Shown here piece after piece: positions 28,680 through 38,697 of a stretch of 64,000 nt of DNA. Within the stretch, counting starts at the first letter, position 1, and every line of letters begins with the position of its first letter. The position numbers and the translations under genes were made by a program. This stretch comes from Candidatus Latescibacterota bacterium. GTDB taxonomy: Bacteria > Latescibacterota > UBA2968 > GCA-2709665. The stretch is taken from the NCBI GenBank assembly GCA_965222075.1, contig OZ244937.1, positions 4,832,001 through 4,896,000 of the forward strand. The letters are read 5' to 3'. The notes beneath the pieces were generated by a model, which was not told where the DNA came from, did not search any database, and saw nothing but the letters and a program-made list of their open reading frames with translations.

Positions 28680-28925
28680 CTAACGCTGGCCCGCACAGAC
28701 TTCACAGAGATATACTACCGTCCGGTATCGATCTTGAAGACGTGTCAATTTGATCCGCCCTTCCCGTTCTCCACACTGGTCGCAGGGGCGTTCCAGTGGA
28801 GGGTTCACAGCCCCTTCCTGCGGTTCTGCACAGGCATCGCATTGATAGAGGCTCTGCTTTTGTCCATTGACGATTCGCGTTAAAACGCGCGTTACAGGGC
28901 GAGTACCACAGCATTCGCAGAGCAA
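28680..28925 (-). CDS. Small tandem zinc-finger protein resembling the McsA N-terminus
   Basis: CECC..RP..LTRIVNGQK..CDAC, repeated as CDQC..LTRL..LCEVC. Confidence 0.7.
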   Translation of the reverse strand: MLCECCGTRPVTRVLTRIVNGQKQSLYQCDACAEPQEGAVNPPLERPCDQCGEREGRIKLTRLQDRYRTVVYLCEVCAGQR

Positions 28926-29274
28926 GGCGTTCTTCCTGTGCAGGCCCGGGCTCTTTCCCGGACCAAATGACCGATGAATCCCGGCAAAAATTTAACGTTT
29001 AGATTCAAAAAGTCAAGATAAATGCGGTATATATATGTTTCAAATATATAATTTTATTTATTTTATGGAAAACAGGCCCCCGATGGCCCCGGTTGGTCCT
29101 GTATGAGCGGACGGGGAGTACACAGACCGCTGGTAAAAAAGAATATTTTGTTGTAAATATTACCCTTATCTTATATTCCCCCTGTCTATCACAGCGCTCC
29201 TTTTTAGTGGTTTACGCGTTCCTTTTTTATTATACTTGAGACATTGTCGATCACTTTTACGGAATTGTCCTCAG

Positions 29275-29895
29275 ATGTCCAAACAGGTCTATGCAATTGT
29301 ACCTGCCGCAGGGATGTCCACCCGGATGGGATCGCCCAAGCAGCTGCTCCCATTTGGGGACAAGACCGTTCTGCAGACGGTTGTAGATACCCTCTTAGAG
29401 GCAGAGCTGGACGGGGTTATGGTGGTTCTGGGGCACTATGCGGAGGCGGTTCGGGAGAGCTTGGGGGAACGACCGGTGGATTTCTATGTTAACAGTAACT
29501 ATCGGAAAGGTATGTTTTCCAGCATCTTATGTGGAATCTGCGCACTGCCCGGTTCGGCCAATGCGGCCCTCATCGTCCTGGGCGACCAGCCCCAGATCGC
29601 TGGAGAGGTGGTTCGCCGTGTGGTGGCGGCCTACCGGGAGGGGAAAAAGGGGATCGTGATCCCGACGGTTGCGGGCGAACGGGGGCATCCGGCGCTGGTG
29701 GACCTGCAGAAGTACGGAGCCGAGATTGCCGGGCTTTCTGGGGAGGCGGGGCTGAAACCGGTGATGCGCGGCCACCCGGGCGATACGCTGGAGCTTCCGG
29801 TGGACGACGCGCGGATTTTGCGGGATATCGATACGCCGGAGGACTACCGGGCGGAGCTGGAAAGACAGGAGGCAGAAGGCCGAAAACAGAAGTAA
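29275..29895 (+). CDS. MocA/MobA-like nucleotidyltransferase
   Basis: AAGMSTRMGSPKQLL, GMFSSI, LGDQP, RGHP, DIDTPEDY. Confidence 0.9.
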   Translation: MSKQVYAIVPAAGMSTRMGSPKQLLPFGDKTVLQTVVDTLLEAELDGVMVVLGHYAEAVRESLGERPVDFYVNSNYRKGMFSSILCGICALPGSANAALIVLGDQPQIAGEVVRRVVAAYREGKKGIVIPTVAGERGHPALVDLQKYGAEIAGLSGEAGLKPVMRGHPGDTLELPVDDARILRDIDTPEDYRAELERQEAEGRKQK

Positions 29896-29915
29896 ATTTT
29901 ACAGGTGATAAATAT

Positions 29916-31376
29916 ATGATATACAAAAACTTACAGGAATTCATCGCGGATATTGACCGCGCCGGCGAATTGGTGCGGATTGGCTTAGAGGTGGATGCCT
30001 ATCTGGAGGTAACCGAGATCGCCGATCGGGCGATGAAAAGCCCGGGCGGTGGGCCGGCGCTGCTGTTTGAAAACGTCAAAGACAGCGCCATCCCCCTGGG
30101 GATCAACCTCTTCGGTTCCCGGCAGCGGATGTCGATGGCCCTGGGCGTGGCGGACTTGGATGAGATCGGCGACCGCTTAGCCGAGATGCTCAGGCTGGAG
30201 GTGCCCGATTCCCTGATGGGCAAGCTGGCAATGCTGCCAATGCTCAAGGAGATGGCGGGCTACCCCCCCCGGCAGGTCCGGTCCGGTCCCTGCCAGGAGG
30301 TGGTGCTTTTGGGGGACGAGGTGGACCTGGGCCGGCTGCCGGTGGCCACCTGCTGGCCCGAAGACGGCGGGCCTTATATTACGATGCCGCTGGTGATTAC
30401 CAGAGATCCGGAGAGTGGGGTGCGCAACGTGGGGATGTATCGGATGCAGGTGTTCGACCGGAAGACCACGGCGATGCACTGGCAGCGGCACAAGGTGGGC
30501 GCACGGCATTTTGAGCTGGCCAGGCAGCGGAATCAGCGGTTGGAGGTGGCGGTTGCGCTGGGGGGAGATCCGGCCACGATCTACAGCGCGACGGCCCCGC
30601 TGCCCCCGGCGATCGACGAGTTTATTTTTACCGGGTTTCTCCGCCGCCGCCCCATGGAACTGGTCAGGGGGGTGACGGTGGACTTAGAGGTGCCGGCCGA
30701 GGCGGAGGTGGTGCTGGAGGGGTACGTGGATCCGTCCGAGGCGATGCTCCGGGAGGGCCCCTTTGGAGACCATACGGGGTTTTACTCCTTAGCAGATAAT
30801 TACCCCGCATTTTACATCACGGCGATGACGATGCGGCACAGCCCGGTCTACCAGACGACGATCGTGGGCCGCCCGCCGATGGAGGATTTCTGGATGGGGC
30901 ACGCCACGGAGCGGATTTTTCTGCCGCTTACGCGGCTGGTGCTGCCCGAAATTGTGGATTATCACATGCCGGCGGAGGGGATTTTCCACAATCTGGTGTT
31001 TGTGGCGATCGATAAGCACTTCCCCGGACACGCCTACAAGGTGATGAACGGGCTGTGGGGGTTGGGTCAGATGATGCTGGCGAAGGTGATCGTGGTTGTG
31101 GATAAAGATGTAAATGTGCAGGATCCGCAGGAGGCCTGGTGGGTGGCCCTCAACAATATTGACCCGAAACGGGACGTGCATTTTACCCCAGGACCGGTGG
31201 ACGTGCTGGACCACGCGAGTGCGTCGTTTACGTTTGGATCCAAGATGGGGATCGACGCGACCCGGAAATGGCCGGAGGAGGGATTTACCCGGGAGTGGCC
31301 GGAGCGGATCGTGATGAGCGATGAGGTGAAGCAGAGGGTGGATGAGATGTGGGGCGAGCTGGGAACAGGGATTTGA
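29916..31376 (+). CDS. UbiD-family decarboxylase (menaquinone/MqnL-like)
   Basis: GPALLFEN, NVGMYRMQ, EGPFGDHTGFY, GRPPMED, GSKMGIDATRK; start MIYKNL. Confidence 0.9.
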   Translation: MIYKNLQEFIADIDRAGELVRIGLEVDAYLEVTEIADRAMKSPGGGPALLFENVKDSAIPLGINLFGSRQRMSMALGVADLDEIGDRLAEMLRLEVPDSLMGKLAMLPMLKEMAGYPPRQVRSGPCQEVVLLGDEVDLGRLPVATCWPEDGGPYITMPLVITRDPESGVRNVGMYRMQVFDRKTTAMHWQRHKVGARHFELARQRNQRLEVAVALGGDPATIYSATAPLPPAIDEFIFTGFLRRRPMELVRGVTVDLEVPAEAEVVLEGYVDPSEAMLREGPFGDHTGFYSLADNYPAFYITAMTMRHSPVYQTTIVGRPPMEDFWMGHATERIFLPLTRLVLPEIVDYHMPAEGIFHNLVFVAIDKHFPGHAYKVMNGLWGLGQMMLAKVIVVVDKDVNVQDPQEAWWVALNNIDPKRDVHFTPGPVDVLDHASASFTFGSKMGIDATRKWPEEGFTREWPERIVMSDEVKQRVDEMWGELGTGI

Positions 31377-31422
31377 ATTGTGGATTTCGGATTTCGGAAT
31401 GCGGGTTGGAATTAGATTTGGA
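31371..31422. repeat. Degenerate heptamer tandem repeat (GATTTCG-like)
   Basis: ATTTGA ATTGTGG ATTTCGG ATTTCGG AATGCGG. Confidence 0.55.
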
Positions 31423-31468
31423 TCGGTAAAATTCCTGAAGTATATTCTGTACTGCAGAAGCGTATTGG

Positions 31469-31530
31469 ACCTGTCTGCCGTGCCGGGCACCTGCTTGCGC
31501 GCTGCGCGCAGGCAAGCGGCACAGGCAGGT
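31469..31530. repeat. CCTGyCTG...CAGGCAGG palindromic element (nested)
   Basis: Related to GCCTGCCTGC..GCAGGCAGGC at 3816-3850. Confidence 0.55.
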
Positions 31531-31564
31531 GCGAATAACAGATCGATTGTGGGGGGGCACGACT

Positions 31565-32605
31565 ATGGGCGGAAAAACCGTGGGGTTCGGGATCGTCGGC
31601 AGCGGTATTGTGGCAGATTACCACATCGGCGCCGTGCTGGATACCGAGGGTGCGGAACTCGTTTCGGTATACAGCAGGAGCGAGGGACGGGCCCGGCAGA
31701 CGGGTGAGCAGCACGGCGTTGCATGGTATACCGACCACCGGGAGATGCTGCAATCTCCGGATATTGACGTGGTATGCATCTGCACCCCAAGCGGCGTTCG
31801 CATCCCGATGGTTACGGATGCCGCAGCCGCAGGCAAGCACCTGATTATTGAGAAACCCCTTGACGTGACCCTGGAGAACATCGACCGAATCATCCAGGCC
31901 GCACAGGATGCCGGGGTGAAGCTGATGGGGATCTTCCAACTCCGCTATGGAGAGGCGATCAACCGGGTGCGGGAGGCCGTTCGGAGGGGGAAGCTGGGGA
32001 GGATGGTCCTGGGCGACGCCTACATCAAGTGGTTCCGCCCTCAGGCGTATTATGACAGCGCAGATTGGCGGGGCAACTGGGCACTGGAGGGCGGTGGGGC
32101 GCTAATGACCCAGGGCAGCCACAACGTAGACCTGCTCCAGTGGATTATGGGACCGATCAAGCGGGTTTACGCGCGGATGGGGACGCTTGTGCACGATATC
32201 GAAGTGGAAGATACCCTTGTGGCTGCCCTCGAATACGAGAGCGGCGCGTTGGGCGTGATTGAGGCCACGACGTCGTCCCACCCCGGCCTGCCCGCAAAGT
32301 TAGAGTTCTCCGGGAGCGAGGGGACGGTTGTGATGGAGGCCGATCAGATTACCGTGTGGGATATCAAAGGGGAAGCTTCCGAAGCCGCGGATGCCCAGTT
32401 GACCGATCTGGCGAAGGCCGCCTCGGACTCGAAGACCTTCGGCACTGAGGGGCACAAGGCCCAGATCGCCGAGATGGTCCGGATTCTAAATGAGGGCGGC
32501 GAACCGGCGATCGACGGTCTGGAGTCGCGCAGTGCCATTGAACTCATCCTGGCCATTTACAAGTCGGCCAGGACCGGAAAGCCTGTGGACCTTCCGCTGG
32601 GTTGA
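31565..32605 (+). CDS. Gfo/Idh/MocA oxidoreductase
   Basis: GIVGSG, IEKPL, GGGALMTQGSH..D, EVEDT. Confidence 0.9.
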   Translation: MGGKTVGFGIVGSGIVADYHIGAVLDTEGAELVSVYSRSEGRARQTGEQHGVAWYTDHREMLQSPDIDVVCICTPSGVRIPMVTDAAAAGKHLIIEKPLDVTLENIDRIIQAAQDAGVKLMGIFQLRYGEAINRVREAVRRGKLGRMVLGDAYIKWFRPQAYYDSADWRGNWALEGGGALMTQGSHNVDLLQWIMGPIKRVYARMGTLVHDIEVEDTLVAALEYESGALGVIEATTSSHPGLPAKLEFSGSEGTVVMEADQITVWDIKGEASEAADAQLTDLAKAASDSKTFGTEGHKAQIAEMVRILNEGGEPAIDGLESRSAIELILAIYKSARTGKPVDLPLG

Positions 32606-32641
32606 CGGCCCGGGCGTTTTTGTTATGTGAAGGAGCGTTTT

Positions 32642-33631
32642 ATGCAACCGACCAGGATCTTCGTGACCGATTATATAGAACCGGATTTGAAGTGGGAGGA
32701 AGAGCAACTTGCCAAATACGCGCATGTGACGTTCAAGTACGATCAGCTGAAATTCAAGCCGGAAGAGGAACTGGTTGCCGCGATCGGGGATGCGGACATG
32801 GTCCTTGTGAATATGGTGAAGATGACGGAGAACGTGATCAACCGGCTGGAGAAGTGCAAGCTCATTCTCCGGCACGGGGTGGGGTACGACAATGTGGATG
32901 TTGAGGCGGCTACGGCCAGGGGCATCCGGGTGGCCTACGAACCGGATTACTGTATGGACGAGGTGGCCGAGCATGCGATTACACTGATGCTGGCCGGCTG
33001 GCGGAAGCTCAATGTGGGGCGAAAGATTCTGGAGGCGTCAAGCGAGAACGGGATCTGGGATTTTAACGCGATTTATCCGGTCTATTCCGTGAAGGGGAAG
33101 ACGGTCGGCATTATCGGCTGCGGCCGGATCGGCAGTTTAACGCTGAAAAAGCTGAGCGGGTTCGATGTGGATATTCTGGTCTGCGATCCGTATCTGACCG
33201 AGGAGCGGCAGGCGGAGTTGGGTATCGAGACCGTGGATCTGGAACCGCTGCTGAAAGCGTCGGATATGATCACCCTTCATTCCACCCTCAACGACGAGAC
33301 GTACCACATCATCGGTGAGGAACAGCTCCAGCTGATGAAGCCGACAGTCTACCTGGTCAACACGGCCCGGGGGGGGCTTATCGATACCGAGGCTTTAAGC
33401 CGGGCGCTTAAGGAGAACCGAATTGCCGGTGCCGCCATCGATGTATATGACAAGGAGCCGCCCGATCCGAATTTTGAGCTTTTCAAACTTGAAAACGCCC
33501 TGCTTTCACCGCATCTGTCCTGGTATTCCGAAGAGGCGAACTGGAGCATGCGGGAGAAGGTGATGGAGGACTTCGTCCGTTTTATCGAGGGGCGCCCGCC
33601 CCGGTTTCTGATTAACAAGGAACTGGCGTAG
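32642..33631 (+). CDS. D-isomer 2-hydroxyacid dehydrogenase (CtBP/SerA-like)
   Basis: GVGYDNVD, GIIGCGRIG, VNTARGGL, DVYDKEP, SPHLSWYS. Confidence 0.9.
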   Translation: MQPTRIFVTDYIEPDLKWEEEQLAKYAHVTFKYDQLKFKPEEELVAAIGDADMVLVNMVKMTENVINRLEKCKLILRHGVGYDNVDVEAATARGIRVAYEPDYCMDEVAEHAITLMLAGWRKLNVGRKILEASSENGIWDFNAIYPVYSVKGKTVGIIGCGRIGSLTLKKLSGFDVDILVCDPYLTEERQAELGIETVDLEPLLKASDMITLHSTLNDETYHIIGEEQLQLMKPTVYLVNTARGGLIDTEALSRALKENRIAGAAIDVYDKEPPDPNFELFKLENALLSPHLSWYSEEANWSMREKVMEDFVRFIEGRPPRFLINKELA

Positions 33632-33653
33632 TCGTCAGGATCTGGAGTCGGAT

Positions 33654-34970
33654 ATGAAAGCGTTGAAGAAGCGAGAGGTCCCGGGTCCCAAGTCGGCGGA
33701 GCTGCTTGCGCTTTCCAAACAGTACGAGCCTCCGTGTATGGCCGATCAACTGCCCGTGGTGTGGGACCACGGAGAGGGGGTCTGGGTGATCGATGTGGAC
33801 GGCAACGAGTACATCGATTTCACCTCGGGGGTGCTTGTGGCCAACCTGGGGCACGCGCATCCGCTCCACGTAGAGGCCATCCGGAATCAAGCCGGCCGCC
33901 TGATGAACTGCTATTCGTTCCCCACGCCCGAGCGGGTGACTTTCTCCAGGCGGCTGGTCGATTTGCTGCCCGAGAACCTGGACCAGGCCTTTCTGCTGAC
34001 CACTGGCGCGGAGGCCACGGAGGCGGCCCTGCGCATTGCTAAGCGATACACCGGCAAGCACGAGATTCTGTCGTTTTACGGCGGCTTCCACGGGCGGACC
34101 TATGGGCCGATCAGCGTGGCGGGGAGTATGAAGACGAAGCGCCAGTTCGGGCCTCAACTGCCGGGCGCGGTTCTGGCGCCCTTCCCCTATTTCTACCGAG
34201 ATTTTTACAACAGTAAGACCGAGGAGGAGTGCGGAGAGCGGTGTATTGAGCGTCTGGACCGCATCATCGAGTCGGCCTCCACGGGGGATCTGGGGGCGGT
34301 GATTACCGAGCCCTACCAGGGTGGGGCGGGGTTTATCTTTCCGCCGGACGGGTGGCTGAAGAAGCTGGAAAAGTGGGCCTACGATCGCGGTCTTCTCTTT
34401 ATCTTAGATGAGGTTCAGTCTTCTTTCGGCAGGACGGGGAGGATGTTTGCCTTAGAGTGGGAAGACCTGCGGCCCAGCATGGTCTGCCTGGGCAAGGGGA
34501 TCGGCAGCGGGATGCCCGCCTCTGCGCTGGTGGGCGAGCGCCGGATTTTTGAGTGCATGGGGGTCGGAGAGATGTCCAGTACCTGCGGGGGGAATCCCTT
34601 AGCCAGCGCTGCTTCGCATGCGGTGCTGGACGTGATGGCGCAGGAAAAGCTGCCGGAGAACGCCCTGCGGATCGGGGAGTATATGATGGCCCGGTTCAAG
34701 GAGCTTCAGAAGAAGCATGAGCGCCTGGGCGACGTGCGGGGAAAAGGCCTCGTGTTGGGGCTGGAGTTTGTGGAAGACAGGCAGAGCCGGACGCCCGCGC
34801 CCGAGCTGACCGGAAAGATGATGCTGAAGGCAGGCGAATACGGCCTGCTCCTGGGCCGCGTTGGCATTTACGGGAATGTGGTGCGCATTGCGCCCCCGCT
34901 GGTGGTCACCGAGGAGGAGGCGGGGATGGGGATCGATATTATCGACCGGGCGTTGACCGAAATGACCTGA
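33654..34970 (+). CDS. Class III aminotransferase (GabT-like)
   Basis: DVDGNEYIDF, GFHGRT, LDEVQSSFGRTG, GKGIGSG. Confidence 0.9.
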   Translation: MKALKKREVPGPKSAELLALSKQYEPPCMADQLPVVWDHGEGVWVIDVDGNEYIDFTSGVLVANLGHAHPLHVEAIRNQAGRLMNCYSFPTPERVTFSRRLVDLLPENLDQAFLLTTGAEATEAALRIAKRYTGKHEILSFYGGFHGRTYGPISVAGSMKTKRQFGPQLPGAVLAPFPYFYRDFYNSKTEEECGERCIERLDRIIESASTGDLGAVITEPYQGGAGFIFPPDGWLKKLEKWAYDRGLLFILDEVQSSFGRTGRMFALEWEDLRPSMVCLGKGIGSGMPASALVGERRIFECMGVGEMSSTCGGNPLASAASHAVLDVMAQEKLPENALRIGEYMMARFKELQKKHERLGDVRGKGLVLGLEFVEDRQSRTPAPELTGKMMLKAGEYGLLLGRVGIYGNVVRIAPPLVVTEEEAGMGIDIIDRALTEMT

Positions 34971-35008
34971 CCCCCCCGGCCCTTTTTCCCGCGCCGGAAA
35001 GGGGGGAG
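34971..35008 (+). repeat. C-rich/G-rich REP-like hairpin
   Basis: CCCCCCCGGCCCTTTTTCCC..GGAAAGGGGGG; similar element at 37466-37505; both follow stop codons directly. Confidence 0.5.
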
Positions 35009-35053
35009 AAAATCGCCTGTCGACGGACTGGGGGATTAACGGAGAAATCCGCT

Positions 35054-36325
35054 TTGGAACTGGACAGCCAACAACTCAGGGCCGCGCTTGATGCGCATCA
35101 AGATGCGGCAGTTGCCCTGCTGCGCGACCTGATCGGATTTTCCTCCACGCGAGGCGAGGAAGGCCCTGTGGTGCGCTGCCTTCACGACAGGATGGAGGCA
35201 GTGGCTGAGACAAGTGAGCTCGTTCAGATTTCCGATGAGATTCAGGACGATCCCGATTATTCGTTTAAGCTGGAGGATTGTACGTACGCAGATCGGCCCA
35301 ACCTCCGGGTTGTGAAGCGCGGGTCCGGGGGTGGGAAGTCGTTGATTATCAATACGCATTTAGATGTTGTGCCTCCGTCTCCGGGACAGGAGAAGCCGTT
35401 TGAGGCACAGGTTAAAGACGGGGTTGTGTACGGGCGGGGGGCGTGCGACTGCAAGGGGCAGGCCGCGATGTTCTATCTGTCTCTGGCGGCGCTCAAGGAA
35501 ATGGGGGTGGGCCTGAAGGGGGACGTGACCGGGCACCTGGTGATCGAAGAGGAGTGCGGGGGCAACGGTACGCTGGCCTTCGTTCGGGGGGAGGACCGGG
35601 CCGATGCCGCGATTGTCTTAGAGCCGTCCGAGTTGAAAATCCTGCCTTCGATTCGGGGCGCGGTCTGGTTTACAGTGAATTGTTACGGACGCGCCGGACA
35701 CAGCGGGCAGGCCGGGCGGACGGTGAGCGCGCTGAAGGAGGCGATCCGGGCGATCGAGATCTTAGAGGGCTACCACGCACGTCTGCTGGCGGCCTCTAAA
35801 GGATATCCGCTTTACGATCAATACGAGAACCCGATGCCGATTACGTTTGGTACGATGGAGGCGGGGGACTGGCCGGCGATGGCGCCCAACAGGGCGACGT
35901 TTGAGGGGGTGCTGGGGTTTTTGCCCAATAAGGTCAAGGAAGAGATTATGCAGGAGATGGGAGAGGCGCTGAAGGCGGAGGGGGGGGACTGGCTGTCGGA
36001 CCACTTCGATATCGATTTTATGTACCGGCACGACTGCAACGAGGTTCCGGTTGACCACCCGCTGGTGCAGACGATGGCGTCCGCCTGCCGGGACAGCGGA
36101 CACGATCCTGAGGTTTCGGCCATGCCGGCCTCCTGCGACGCCTGGTTTTATACCAACCTCCTGCACATCCCGACGGTGGTGATCGGCTCGGGCAGCCTGG
36201 GCGTGGCGCATTCGAGCCAGGAGCAGATTCCGGTTGAGAGCCTGGTAAAGGGGGCGGAAATCTTAGCGCGGACGATTGCTTCGTGGTGTGGGACCACCCT
36301 AAACTCCGGTTATCGTCCAAGATGA
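35054..36325 (+). CDS. M20 family deacylase (ArgE/DapE-like)
   Basis: NTHLDVVP, YGRGACDCKG, EEECGG, EP, AHS..E. Confidence 0.9.
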   Translation: MELDSQQLRAALDAHQDAAVALLRDLIGFSSTRGEEGPVVRCLHDRMEAVAETSELVQISDEIQDDPDYSFKLEDCTYADRPNLRVVKRGSGGGKSLIINTHLDVVPPSPGQEKPFEAQVKDGVVYGRGACDCKGQAAMFYLSLAALKEMGVGLKGDVTGHLVIEEECGGNGTLAFVRGEDRADAAIVLEPSELKILPSIRGAVWFTVNCYGRAGHSGQAGRTVSALKEAIRAIEILEGYHARLLAASKGYPLYDQYENPMPITFGTMEAGDWPAMAPNRATFEGVLGFLPNKVKEEIMQEMGEALKAEGGDWLSDHFDIDFMYRHDCNEVPVDHPLVQTMASACRDSGHDPEVSAMPASCDAWFYTNLLHIPTVVIGSGSLGVAHSSQEQIPVESLVKGAEILARTIASWCGTTLNSGYRPR

Positions 36326-36403
36326 GAAGAAGGGGTCGGCTGTCTGACCTGATGTGACAATTCTCAACCTCTATTGTGAAGGGAAAAAGGAGAATCCGAA
36401 TCC

Positions 36404-37465
36404 ATGCAGACGCTCGGCGTCGGAATCATCGGTCTGCATCACCTCCATCCGGTCGATTACCTGCCCCACTTCGAGGCGATTCCCCAGACGGAGGTGCGGG
36501 CGATTGCGGAGGCGGACGGAGCGTACCTGGATCGGGTCTGCGGGGAGACCGGCCTTCCGGGGTATGCCGATTACAAGGCGCTTCTGGAGCGGGACGATAT
36601 CGGCCTGGTGGTGATCTTTCTGCCGCACTCGGAATGCCCGGAGGCTGTGGAGCGGGCGGCGAATGCGGGGGTGCATACGGTTGTGGAGAAGCCGATGGCG
36701 GACACGTCGGACGGCATCCGCCGGATGATCGCCGCGACAGAGAAGGCCGGTGTTCTTCTGTCCTCCCCCTATACCTGGCGCGCCCATCCAGTCGCTCGAC
36801 AGATCAAACGGCTCATTGACGACGGTGTTTTGGGCGAGATCGTTGCCTTAGAGGGCCGGTGCGCGGCCGGGTCTCCAATGCGCTATCTGGAGAACGGGAT
36901 TTCCCCCTGGCTGGTCCGGAAGGCGGCGGCAGGCGGGGGACCGCTGCACAACTTAGGGGTGCACTGGATTGACCTGTTCCGATGGTTCCTGAAGGAGGAG
37001 GTAGCGTCGGTGACGGGGATGGTAAGCCATATTCAGCATCGTCTGGATGTGGAGGACAACAGCTTCGGGATTCTGCGGTTTACAGGCGGTGCGACCGCTG
37101 CACTGGATATCAGCTATTCTGTACCACAATTCTTCCCCGCAGGTCGGGACCTGTTCATCAGCGTTCGGGGTACGCAGGGCGCCCTGTCCTGGAGTCCTGC
37201 GTGGGGGGGCACCGCGGATGAGGTGTTCATTGTCAGCGACCATCCCGATTATATTGACGGGCCGGTGAGCACACTGCAGATCGGCTCCCGGGCCGTGCCG
37301 GGCTACGGCGGAATCTCGGGCCTGGCTTACCTGCGCGAGACAGCCGAGGCGATCCTTGCCGGCCGCCGGCCTGAAGTGACCGGCATTGATGGGCTGCGGG
37401 CCCTGGAGGTCGTCGAAGCACTCTATGAATCGTCAGAGACGGGGCGGGCGGTGAGCGTGGGCTGA
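36404..37465 (+). CDS. Gfo/Idh/MocA oxidoreductase
   Basis: VEKPMA, GGGPLHNLGVHWID, VED. Confidence 0.9.
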   Translation: MQTLGVGIIGLHHLHPVDYLPHFEAIPQTEVRAIAEADGAYLDRVCGETGLPGYADYKALLERDDIGLVVIFLPHSECPEAVERAANAGVHTVVEKPMADTSDGIRRMIAATEKAGVLLSSPYTWRAHPVARQIKRLIDDGVLGEIVALEGRCAAGSPMRYLENGISPWLVRKAAAGGGPLHNLGVHWIDLFRWFLKEEVASVTGMVSHIQHRLDVEDNSFGILRFTGGATAALDISYSVPQFFPAGRDLFISVRGTQGALSWSPAWGGTADEVFIVSDHPDYIDGPVSTLQIGSRAVPGYGGISGLAYLRETAEAILAGRRPEVTGIDGLRALEVVEALYESSETGRAVSVG

Positions 37466-37507
37466 CCTACCCCCCCTCCCCCCTTCCCTGCGAGGGAAAG
37501 GGGGAAC

Positions 37508-37546
37508 AAAAACCGTAGGTGAAAGCGGCCTACCTCCGGTTTTTTT
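37508..37546. terminator. Bidirectional terminator between convergent genes
   Basis: AAAAACCGTAGGT..ACCTCCGGTTTTTT. Confidence 0.65.
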
Positions 37547-37568
37547 ATTTCTGATGTCGTTTTCAGCC

Positions 37569-38627
37569 TTACCACTCGTCGAGCAGGATTTCCTGTCCGG
37601 TCTTTGCGGATTCATAGATGGCCAGGATGAGGTCCACGGCTTTGCGGGCGCTTTCGCCGGGGATGTAGGGGGCGCGGTCTTCCCTGATAGCGCTGACCAT
37701 GTCGTTGACCAGGTAGATGTGGCCGGCGCTGCTGATGGCCTTTGGGTCGGCTACGGAGCCAGCGACCTCGAAGGATTTGGGGGGAAATCTGTCCTGGGCG
37801 AGGCCGTCCTCTTCATCGGTGACGGCCCAGCGGGTGGTCTGCGCGTCGCTGATGGTGATGGTGCCATACTTGCCGTGCAGTTCGATGCGGGAGGACTCGC
37901 CGGGGTTGCAGGAGGTGGTGCCGATGATGGTCCCGAAAGCGCCGCTTTTGTATTTGAGACAGGCGACCGCCGTGTCTTCGACTTCGATGTCGCGGACCTT
38001 GTGGTCGGCACGGGCGAAAACGGATTCCACGTCGTCGTTCATCAGCCAAAGGAGGAGGTCCACGCCGTGGACGCCCTGATTCATGAGGGCGCCGCCGCCG
38101 TCTAAGGCCAGGGTGCCTTTCCAGCCGGCCTCATTGTAGTAAGCCTGGGAGCGGTAGGTTTTCAGAAAGGCGTCGCCCAGGACCATTTTGCCCAGTTCGC
38201 CGCTTTGAATGGCGCTGTGGATCTTGATCATGTCTTCCTTCGTGCGGCTCTGGAAGACACAGCCGAGCTTGACGTTGGCCTCCCGGCAGGCCCGGATCAT
38301 AGCGGTCATCTTCTCGCGGGAGATGTCTAAGGGCTTTTCGCAGAAGGAATGTTTGCCGGCCTGTGCCGCGGCAATGACGTTGTGGGCATGCAGGCCGGAG
38401 GGGGTGGTCACGCCCACGATGTCGACGTCGGGGTCTTTGACCAGCTTTTCGTAGTCGCTGTAGAATTTGACGCTGCCGGATTCTTCGGCAAACCGCCTGC
38501 CCTTCTCTTCGGTGCGGTTGCAAACGGCGACGAGTTCCGCATCCTTACAGGCTTCGATGCCTGCTCGAAAGTGGGCAGCGATCATGCCGGTGCCGATGAT
38601 GCCCCAGCCGAATTTTCCGTCTTTCAT
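37569..38627 (-). CDS. Gfo/Idh/MocA oxidoreductase (paralogue of 31565-32605)
   Basis: GIIGTG, CEKPL, GGGALMNQGVHGVD; start MKDGK. Confidence 0.9.
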   Translation of the reverse strand: MKDGKFGWGIIGTGMIAAHFRAGIEACKDAELVAVCNRTEEKGRRFAEESGSVKFYSDYEKLVKDPDVDIVGVTTPSGLHAHNVIAAAQAGKHSFCEKPLDISREKMTAMIRACREANVKLGCVFQSRTKEDMIKIHSAIQSGELGKMVLGDAFLKTYRSQAYYNEAGWKGTLALDGGGALMNQGVHGVDLLLWLMNDDVESVFARADHKVRDIEVEDTAVACLKYKSGAFGTIIGTTSCNPGESSRIELHGKYGTITISDAQTTRWAVTDEEDGLAQDRFPPKSFEVAGSVADPKAISSAGHIYLVNDMVSAIREDRAPYIPGESARKAVDLILAIYESAKTGQEILLDEW

Positions 38628-38697
38628 GGGATGTCCTCCTGTTCTGCGCGTTTGCCGGCGCAGGTGAGGCTGCGCCATTTCGGGTGTATTTTCGACG

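Noticed and set aside
28980-29240. AT-rich island as foreign DNA or replication origin
   Set aside because: It lies between divergent genes, as expected for promoter DNA; no DnaA-box cluster is seen.
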